From the NCBI RefSeq assembly GCF_000485595.1, contig NW_014577086.1, positions 299,630 to 363,629 of the forward strand: a stretch of DNA of 64,000 nucleotides, read 5' to 3'. This stretch comes from Priapulus caudatus. Taxonomy: Eukaryota. The position numbers and the translations under genes were made by a program. Of this stretch, positions 27,583-39,200 are shown one piece after another. Positions within the stretch are counted from its first letter, which is position 1. Every line of letters starts with the position of its first letter. The notes under the pieces were generated by a model that did not search any database, was not told where the DNA came from, and was given only the letters and a program-made list of their open reading frames with translations.

Positions 27583-30219
27583 CTCTCACATAACGCGTGC
27601 GCGCACACGGCCGAGTTGCCTTTCTGTTCCCCCCACACATATATATCTATATCTATTATGTACTCTTGATATATGATAAGGAATATTATTATATATATAT
27701 ATATATATATAATCATATATATATATTATATATATATATTATATATAACTATAAGCCAGCTATGTGTCTGTGACAGTAATCAAACAATCAAAGAGGTAGT
27801 TTGCCACCTCGTGCATGCATGTAATTAATTTGCATTCGTACACACACTCAATACCAAGATCGATCTATGAATAATCACGAAATATAATTGCACATGATCA
27901 CTCACGTGACATGAATAATGAAAGTGTAAAATGAACAATGAATAATGCACATGATCAGGCAATGAATTAGTCACCCTCCAGGACTACTACTAGCTAGGGC
28001 AGCGTGATAATGTGTTTTGGCAATTTGTGCATGAGTCAGATGTGACAGGTAGAACCATCGATCGATAATTGTTTGTTAAGACAATATACTGTATTTCAAT
28101 TAACGTAATTGAGTTTTGGTCAGTTAAAAGCAATAATTCTACACAGCATGTCTACATGCAGTCGACTTTGTGCTAAAGACCCACTGTCACACTTAATTCT
28201 AAATCACTTTAACCTTGATCGCAAGTAGCTTTAGTCAAGATAGCAGCTATATAATAATATAGCTATATTATATATACAATATTATATATATATATATATA
28301 TATATAATTATATATATATATATATATATAGTACTATATATATATATATATCCAGTTTTGCCTGCCCTACATTTCATCACTTCAGCTTGTCTAATATAAA
28401 CTACATAAAGACAGGCAGCCGCAGTCAATCATCAATCAATCAATGTGTGAGCGAGCTAGATGAAATTATATATATATACACTTCTTTCAATTTATTTCTA
28501 TCATGTACTCGGAATGATGATGACGATGACACACACACAGGCACGCGTACGCTCGCGCACGCATGCGCACACGCCCGCACGCATGCGCACACGCACGAAA
28601 ATGCATATACACATAATATAATTCAGGGGTCGAATTAGCCGCTAGCCCGCTAGCCCGGGACTAGTAATTGTTTGGAAGGGCTAGTTAAAGGCCAGGCTGG
28701 CTTGCCCGTCGGGCAAGTAAACAATTCCAGACCAGATTTCGTAATTCCGCCCGTTTTAGGATATGATCAGTGTATGATTAATGGGAATTTAATTGCGGTT
28801 TGTGAGCATTCAAATTCAGTCCACTATACCCTCAGAAAGCATCTTGGAGCATTCGTGAGATCAATCATTTTCCCGCGCAACCACTAGGGGGGAGCCTATC
28901 GACATCATACTTTTAAGGGCTAGTTGAAAACCAGAAGGGCTAGTACAAACCTTACCTTACTAGCCCTTCGGGCTAACTTGCATATTGTCCTTATTTATAC
29001 CCCTGATATATATATATGTGTATGCATATATGCATATGAAATCACTATAATATAATATATTATAATAAAAAATAAAAAATATTATATAATATAATATAAT
29101 GTAACACAGTATAATTATAATAGCCTGTAAATAACAGCTCAGCGTTATTGTGACGGAGCAGTTCAACAAGTCCGTAACCAAGCAGCCCTATAACGCACTG
29201 GCCTACAATCGTTCGTGCCCTTTACACACAGTCACGCTTCCTTCAGTACGCACAGGCCTGCTAGGCCAGGTTTCATGTTACAGGTTAGATGGAAACATAT
29301 AGACAGTGCCATCCATCTTCCCAACGTTCTGTCCCGAAATTTTCAAATTGCTGATAAAAAATGAGAATTGCTGATAATCTGTGCTGCGGCGGAGCACCAC
29401 TGGCTATAAAGCCCGGCGCACACGTGAGTAATTTTACTCAAGTAAAATGACGCCCGAGTCAAAATACTCACGCGTAATATTTTCAGCGTTCGCCGCACAC
29501 GTGAGTAAAATTACTTAAGGAATAAGTGGTAATGCAGATCACGTGACTGTGCGCAGCCAATACTGGGCGCACAATGATTTAAACGCATGCGCTGTGATTA
29601 CCAGTAAATTTACTCAGCGCGCGCGCACACGTTGAGTAAAATTATCAAACACCTTTGATATATATTGAGTAAAATGACGCATGCGTCAAATAACTCAACG
29701 AAAATCCGCCGCACACGTGAGTAAAATTACTCACGTGTGCGCCGGGCTTTAGCACGGACAACTAGCGTAAATATATGCTCTATTACATATGAGAGTGATT
29801 GATTATGTTTTGTACACCCTGAGAATTTGCGTCATGGACTAGCGTAAGATTTGATCAGGAGTGTCATAATATATATCTATATTATGACACTCCTGATTTC
29901 ATGTATACTGTGCCAGCATCTAGCATACACATTTCGCATTTAAGTCAATTAATTACCGTAAAAAAAGTGTTGACTTTGTACAAATAGCAACGTGAAATGT
30001 GCAAGCCAGTGGTGGTATTTGTGTGTACCATTGATCTCAGTGAGGCACTTGAACTACCAGGCTATACGGACGCCGATTCTCTGAGACTGACAGAGTGCAT
30101 GGTGTCCTCACCATATGACGCACGCGAGAGAACAGTTGCCAAACGAGCAAACAAACAGATAGAGAGACAGAGAGTCAGACAGACAGACCAACACACGCAG
30201 GCACACACACACACACACA

Positions 30220-30271
<52 letters not shown>

Positions 30272-33200
30272 CACACACACACCACACGCACACGCTCGCG
30301 CACACACACACGCACACACACACACGCACACGCGCCCGCGCGCGCAAACACGCACACAGTCAGACAGACAGGCAGGCAGACAGGCAGGCAGGCAGATCGA
30401 CAGACAGACAACAAGACAAATAAACAAGGAGAGCAACAAAGCGAGAGACGGAGGGGGAGCATTCTATCAGCATTCACTGCTGACATATGGCTTCATCAAC
30501 TAGCTGGGCTTTACAAGTCTCAAGGATTACCGAGTGTGTATATATATACTCGCCACTGCACTGCTCCCGCCTCACATTATTGTGAGATGTGGGGGTGATG
30601 ATGAAACAACAAAAGCATCACAAGAGTGCAGTTTAGCGGCTGAGCGCGTGCCCTGGCAGCAATTAGATATACACTCGATTTTCAACCACTTTTACAATGA
30701 GTCCCAAGCGATGCTAACTCCATCATCACGGTATAGAGGAAATACACGCCACTGCTTTAGCAATTCAGATATACAGCACCAAGTACTCTGCAGTAACCTT
30801 CTTGCATCACAGACACGCACAAGATACACAAATCACAATACGTGGGGCACGCAAATTTCGTCGTCAGGACAAAAATTGTGATATAGAACGAACTTCAACA
30901 AAGCAATTCACTAAAATTATAATTTAACATGTGATAATGTCAAACGACGCTCGCTACTACGAAGCGTGGGTACGCTAGCTGGTATGCGGGTATATCTGAA
31001 ATTCTACCCCTCAACAACGCGTTCTTTACATAACCCGTAACCCGAAAGATTAACGTACTATCTAATAAAACCACTCAGCTGCACACAAATAAGCCGCTTG
31101 TGATTAGGTGTTACAAGCGGCAACACAGCTTACACAATGGAAATTCTTATTTATATATTACAATGCATTATTTTCGGCACTGTAACTACGCTCATATTGC
31201 TATAGTTTATCTAAATATGGTGAGCCAAATATTCAGCAAAGGAACGCCTGTAGACGGACTTCAACAGAATTCTCATTATAGTCTGTATTATTGAAATAGT
31301 TATACCAGTGCTTATATTTATAATATTGAGAGAGAAATTGGACTGGCCTGAGTCACTGATAGCTGACCCTAAAACTACGACTATGTCAACTCTTCTGCCA
31401 CGCCAGTTTTCATGTAATCGCTGCAACAGTGAATTGAGCCCCGGCCTCCCTGGATCACGTCCCTTTATTATGTCCCTGGATTACGTCACACCACAGTGCT
31501 CTAGCAACCAGCGTATGGCTTCTTCGCATCTCAGAAGAACGTGTGCTGCAGGACAGCGAGCATTCCTACATGCCTCCCACACCCGCACGCCCGTTGTTGC
31601 CGTGACTGGAGTTTTCAGTAGCTAATAAGCCGCTTGTTGACGCTGCTCGCGCAAAAATACCGCGCCGCAGATATCTAAGCATTAATTTCTTCTCTGCTGC
31701 AAGAGCGGCAGCAGCGTCTGCATCCACATTCCCCCCCCCCACACCCGACGAAGCACATTTCTGCGAGGAGTAGAGTTACGCTGTAGCAGGCATCATGAGA
31801 TAACGAGAACGACTGCTAAACACATGCACACAGCTGTACTGCGTCATGCGCGTACTATCAAGAGTCCATTTATAATAGAAAATTGTCTATTATGGACTCT
31901 TGGTATTATAGAATGCAAGAACCACGAAAACTCCCTGTAAAATTCGTTCTTATACACTTATCGCTACATGTGTCGGCAAGATACGGTGCAGTATGCTTTG
32001 GCCTGCACTCGCTGGTCTGCATTTGTAAACTTGAAGCAAAATATACAATTTAAATTCACGTATTATACCTAAAATTGCTACTTTGTTTTAGCTCTAGTTG
32101 TGCTGGCTTTCTGTCCTTCTACGTCGAACTTTGCAGGGGCACTAGGAATCATTGCCGTACTGCTTCCACCACGACACCCAAAAACTGTCAATATCCACAA
32201 CGAAAATCCTTGCTAACAAGTAGCTCTATAGCCCCTTGGTCTGCGGCTTTCATCCTACTTACTCGGCCTACTGTACTGTGCTGATGGAAGCAAGACTGAA
32301 TCAATACGAGATTCGTATATATGGTGAATTTTTAAGCTAATCTGTATACAATCAAAAGACCTCAGCGGCGCATGAGGTACACCTAGTAGGCCGCTGAAGT
32401 AAGCAGGTGCAGGCTTCATTAACCAAGCAGACACCACTCTTACAAAGGTTATAGAGATTTACATGAGCGCCACTTATATATATATATATATGCAGCTCCT
32501 GATATGCAGTGAGGTGCTTCATGCTTGCTCGCCGCGGCACGTGCACCCCCGCAGATAATTGCTCTGCATATACCTATAGGGCATATAGGCTCCGCCCGCT
32601 CAACCACGCCATTGTGAAACGCTGTGAACGGTCTATACAGCCAATCTACATAACCGCACAGAAGCTCGTCAAATTCCATAATAAAAATACACTTATACTT
32701 GTGAATATTTAATAACGTTGACATCGTTTCATTTGGGTATAAATTTCCTAACCGTATGTACGTAAATGCGGACAGAACATACTCTTTCAGGATTTTAAAA
32801 CATATGTACATGCATCTACGGAAACGGGAACAGAATGTTTTCTCGATGACCCACCGTGTGTTATTTCTGCGCCCATTTATTTACAAGAACATGCCACAAC
32901 ATGATTCAAGTTACTACATCAATACTTCGCGGAATTCTTTGCGTGCACATGGATTTTACTACTCATCTGCCTTGTCTATACTGTTGTTTTACAGTTGACT
33001 TTATGTACAGTTAGTGCAGTAAGCGCGAGAAACGTGTTGGGTGGGGGTAAGTAAGATGCACAGATTTGTAAATTTTGGATTTTCTACTATACTACGAAAT
33101 ACAGCAATGGAATAACACGGCGCCTGGAAAACAACACAGGGACAGATACACAGCATTCAATCAGAATATCGGAGCGGTCATGCAAAATTAATCTGAACTA

Positions 33201-36200
33201 TATAAACCAAATTGCAAGACATGTAGAAACAGTCAGTGAGGCTGTCAGACCATACACACGGATCGAGACAAGCAGCCGGCGACATTCAGCAGAACAATTA
33301 CATTAATTAGAATAATAGGTATGCGACCGTGGTCACAGCGCCTGAGGATATGCGGTGAGGCAGGCAGACAGCAACGACCAGCCATGCTGGAAGTCCTCAG
33401 GGTTTCCCCAACACAGACACGATTGATCCTCGCCTTCGAATCGATGTATATAATGACTGCCGCTGGACTCGCAGTCGTTAGCGCGCGCACGCGTATACAT
33501 ACATGCTCGTCTTAGCGCTTGCGACAAGTTATTGACGAATACTGGCAATTGCTTGATGAAGGCCAATGAATTTTAATGGCAGGTTAATTGCCGCGTCCAG
33601 AGTGGGGCATGCATGATTAGCGTGCATGTTATGCACACAGCGCATTCACACAAGAGTGCGTGCTACGCTCGCATGCGCGCGTACATGTTAGCGGTACAAG
33701 ACGTTATATGTCCGGTGAAAATCTGCGGGGGGACTATAGTGGGTTGCCGGATAGAGCAATTTCCCAGATAGACACACTCACACACACACGCGCGCACACA
33801 CGCACGCACGCACGCACACACGCGTGGTATATTGTTGTGTCTACACGTGACGCGCATAATGTTGTGCGAAGTAGGTTTCCTCTATGCCCCGGGCTACTGC
33901 AAATATCAATTTTTACCCTTTAACGCAAACGCCACTGCGACTTTCTCTTCTTACTCGACATTGTTGAACATTTCATGATGAATATGGGGTCGGGAAAACT
34001 AGCGTGACTGTTTCGAACCTGAAACTGATCAATGCCGGTTGGGCTAATAAAGTTCTAATAAAGTGAGACATTACTTTCCTTTTTGTCAAATTCCGGAAAC
34101 GTCCGGATGTTACAAATAGATATTGCACCCTTTACTGTATATGTCTATGCGCGCATGCCTATATATATTTATTATATATATATATATAGATCATGAGTAC
34201 ATAATGGGATCATAATGGGGGGAGGGGGTAATAATCTCCCATTATGTACTCTTGATATATGTATATATATATATATGTCGTGTGTACGTGTGTTTCAGTA
34301 CATTCACTTAAAGGAATAATATAGGTCCATTGATTATGCAATGTTGACGAATGCTAGAGTAACTGGCACCTTGTGTAGTTAATAAGTACATTACCTTATA
34401 GCCAAACGCGTAGTAGTTTGTCCAATATCACTGCTGGTTACTAAGAAATGTCTAATTCAAATCCGCAGTCCAAAAATCTGTTGTTTACAGTTTCAAACCG
34501 CTGCCGGCGAAGCGGGTGTGATACAGATTTATAGTGCACCGGACATTTTCGCACGCATGCTCGGCCGTACGCAATGCTATCATCAGTGATTTAGTAAACA
34601 TGGACGCTCGTGATAAGGAACTTTTTGTCATGGCATGTCCACGTGCGTCCGTGATTAGTACGTGTGTTTTACTCTATTTCCATGTTTATATAGTCCGTGG
34701 CCGTGGTTACACCGCTGCATGACACCTCCGTTTCATCTGGCGTCCAAAACATACGGGCCGCACAAATGTTTACGTCATCGCTTGACTCCTGGATGACATT
34801 TACGGCACGTAAATGATACGTTGATACATATCAACAACCGATTTCAAGTCTTGTTTGTAATATGATATTGTGTGTTGTCAGTGATATTGGACAAACTAAT
34901 ACGCGTTTGGCTATAAGATAATGTACTTATTAACTATACACAAGGTGCCAGTTACTCTAGCATTCGTCAACATTGCATAATCAATGGACCTATTATTCCT
35001 TTAAATACACAAGGTGCCAGTTACTCTAGCATTCGTCAACATTGCATAATCAATGGACCTATTATTCCTTCATATACTTTATATTCCTCCTATTATACTT
35101 TCAGAGTAATGGTCCGGCCTGGTCGCCGACTACGCCCTCCTGCTACTACGATCGGACAGCGCGGGTCACGCGATCCATCCCCAAAACAGCTGACTGCGCG
35201 CTGACTGGTCCGTCGCTGTCAGATCAGCAGCTTCCAGAAGAAAACCACCCGGCTCGATTGCCTTTGCATCTGTCTAGTTGTAAATTATTTACAAGCTCAT
35301 CGTAAATACGCCGTTCCAGTTACACATGTAATACGCAGCCACGCACGGGGGAGGGAAGCTGTGCTGGGCGGATTGACGACTCGCAAATAGAACGCCTTCA
35401 ACGGCGGCGAAAAACGCGTGTATGTGTTTATTTTAAGCTAAACTAAGGATTAGTTTAAACCAGCATGCAGAGCTTGAAATTATTTACGTTTTAATCTGTG
35501 TATGGTACACATCTCATCTTATATTACGGTTTCAGTTGGGGTTAGTCACACATCGCAAATATCCAACGAGGCAGCGTTGAACGTGTTCAGTCGGTTGAGG
35601 CCAAGAAGAGACCAATCAAGAACTGACCAAAGGTATAGGTCACCGACTCACCATAGACTCTCTTTTGTTTCTACAGATTTAGGTGACATTAATAACGATA
35701 CGTCTTTGTGGTATTGACGAAATCCCGCTGTCCATTGTGGTGAGATTTCGGGATCCTGTGACTTGGCTTACCAAAGACATCCGGACTGCTTGCCTACCCA
35801 CATGACGTCATGATGCGATGATGATCGATGCCACGCCGTTTAATCAACCACTTTCATTTTTAATGAGCCTTTACCGACATCGCAGTAAGCACTAAGCAGC
35901 ATGCCGACAGTAGAAATCCCCTGCGCACACGTATACATCGTGCATCCAGTCTGATGCAATGCACGCAACTAGTTTTAACTATGTACGCAAGAGACGCGGC
36001 CACCACTCCACAGCACCCTAATACGTGTTCATCTCCCCGACGTGTCATTTCTCCCGGCACCATCCTATTCGAACTCAGCCGACGGCACGCTACACAAGAG
36101 TTCGCACTCGCAGCGTTTCGACACAGCGATGAACGAACAATTTGTAGCTGATGTAAAACAATCGTTACTGTTCGTCGCTTAAAGGGGCGGTCAGCTAACA

Positions 36201-39200
36201 GACGAGCTCTCTACAAGCAGCGCATGAGTCACGCAATTCAAACGAACAGGAAAACGCCGGCTATCAACGGCATTACTTCAAGTTTGGGTAGGAAACAGAA
36301 ACATACATTTGGAAAAGGTTCCTATGCACGGATAGCGCTAATATGTAGATAGTTTTTCCAGGCGTGCATCACATAGAGACCTCTGTGTTATGCTTTCCTG
36401 ATTTCTCTATAGAACGTGTACGCGCATCTTCCCCACCCAGCCATAACGTCATTCGCGTAGGGATGTCAGCCCCTCCACCTCAACGGGTCTTCGCGCGTAC
36501 AAGCATTAGCCACACATGATACTCGGGAGTATGCAAAATGTATGTACACACGCTCTAGCACAAGTGCACAACACATGCTCTGGTTGTCTAGCACGATGTA
36601 TCGCGCGCGAGTATCATTTCTGCACGGCTGACACATATAACCATGAATAAGCTAGCTAGCTGCGCATTCACTCATCATTCAGCACACATGAAGTATGCTC
36701 ATGCACATGCTTCGATCCGAAACGTCCCAGGCGGCCGGCACAAACCGCCCGGACAGTTTATTAGCGGTTGAAGCATTTACATGTAATTTATGACATTTAA
36801 TGTCCGCTAAGCAGTCACTGTAAGTAACATTCTGGGGCTGGGGCCCGTTGTCAGAAACAAAATTAGTCTAATATGAGTAAATTAGCGTAATAACGCAATA
36901 TCAGCTCGTAATATTTTGCGTAATGGGATTCATCAGCAAATCTACGAGCGATTCTATGATGGATAAAATTTTACCAACAGATGTATTATCAGATTTACCA
37001 GCGGTTTTACTAATTAATGCGTTTGGGATTTGTAGATTACCGTTTAGATATACCAGCACAAACACATTTACCATATTTACCAGCCCATTTACCAGAATTA
37101 ATTACCAGCACATTTACATGATTTACCAGCACATGCATTAACCAGATTTACCAGCACATTTACCAGATTTACCAGCACATTAACCAGATTTATCAGAACA
37201 TTTACCAGATTTACCAGCACATTAACCAGATTTACCAGCACATTAACCAGATTTTACCAGCAATTTACAATTACCAGAACATTTTACAGACTTATCAGAA
37301 CATTTACCAGATTTACCAGCACATTTACCAGATTTATCAGAACATTTACCTAGACTTTACCAGCACCACTTTACCAGATTTACCAGACATTTACCAGATT
37401 TACCAGAACATTACCAGATTACCAGCACATCTATACCCAGATTTATCAGAACATTTACCAGATTTACCAGCACATTATTTACCACAGATTTACCAGTGGA
37501 TTTACCAGTGGATTTAGGACCAGCGAATTTCCTAATGGAATTATTAGCGAGTGACAACAGATATTAAATCAGGGCTGTTAATCAACATCTACTAACAGCC
37601 CGCATGATGATACTGTGACAAATCTCTAGCAGGCTATAACAGCAGGGGGTTTCTCTAAAGGGATGCAGAGCCAGGGGGTCGATACGGAATTTTAAAAGCA
37701 AAGATCGAGTACACTTTCCTGCTTATTGCTATACTGAGCTGCTAGAGCTGTTATTAAACCGCCATTGCGCACCTACGGTAGACGCCTAATAGATGTCTAG
37801 AAAGCATGAAGTAAGATTAGTATTGATGAAAAATTATGCCATTCTGTCAAGTGACGTAGCCATGGTAACTGGTCCACTGTGTTTGTGTGTAAGGGATCAG
37901 ACAAACTTGCTGGAAATTCGAATTATGTATCTGGCAAGTTTCGTGTGCGGTCTGGACATTGAATCTGTTAGCATTCATGAAGAAAGTGCATGTTGTGCAT
38001 GCACTGAAACATTCTATGTATTTTTTTAAATTTGTGAATCCTGCTTTTTCAGGCCTGCTGACCAATGCTGTCCAGTATTGCAAAACACCTATATACAACT
38101 TAGGTAAACTGAAAGCTGAGAGGGTCTATGTATCCCAGGGTACTGCCAGAACGTACCCTGGGTATGGTCCGGTATACCGGAACGTACCCTGGTACTATCT
38201 AATATGCCGGACCGTACCTCGCCTACTCCACTAACGAGTCTAGGGAGTCGCCTACGCCTACTCCCTAACCCTAACCATATCAGATAGTTACCTCAGGTAC
38301 ATATATGTCACCTACGCCTACGCCTACTCCCTAACCCTAACCATATCAGATAGTTACCAGGGTTCGATCGTTCCGATATATCGAACCGTACCCAGGGTAC
38401 CCTCCGATAGTACCCTGGGGGACATAGACCCTATGAGCGTAACTGACACAAAATGGACGGCAGAGATCTTCCTTCTGTTACTTTACTCACACTCACACTT
38501 GCCCTCTAATGTATGCACAATGACAAATACAAAATGATGCATGAAGAATGCAAGATGTCTAGATGCACTCTCCCACATCACCGCCCTTCACACTAACAGT
38601 AAAAACAACAGCAGCTGGGAATTTGTAACCGATCACGAACTGCGACTTAAGAAGGCGACACACGTTTGAAGAACCACTAAATACTTTTAAGTTGCAGTGA
38701 CATTAAGCTAACAGCTGCCATAGGCATATAAGCAACTTCACTCCCCATGAACACGGGCACAGTTAATAACGATGTGGGCTTAAATCACTTACACAAGACC
38801 TATAGCCAGACGAATAGTGTACTTGGTAAATATGTACGACACTGCACGTCACAACACACATTTCTGTGCATGGCTCTCCGCGTAAGCATCCCAACAGACA
38901 GTCCGCTGCGCAATTTGTGTAACATCACCAGAAGCTATACTCGTCAATCCTCTCGTGGTATGATCCCATTATGTGTACTGTACACGGGGAAAAGAAAGTA
39001 AGGATGGCTATAGCATCACTACGCGTCACAGACTTCACTGATCAATGTTGGCTTCAGATGGCCACTCTTGGATTCTATGTCTTTCATACTCAATCCGAAC
39101 AACACTAGCCTAGAAAAATCACACATCTCACTAAAATTCAAAGGTCTTCCACTCTTCGCATCCACCCATAAAATCATGCACAGTGTTGCACACACATCTA

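Noticed and set aside
29997..30503. HT/CV-rich ORFs (also near 6017, 16081, 27295, 42517)
   Set aside because: Translations of (CA)n, (GCAC)n and (GCCT)n microsatellites.
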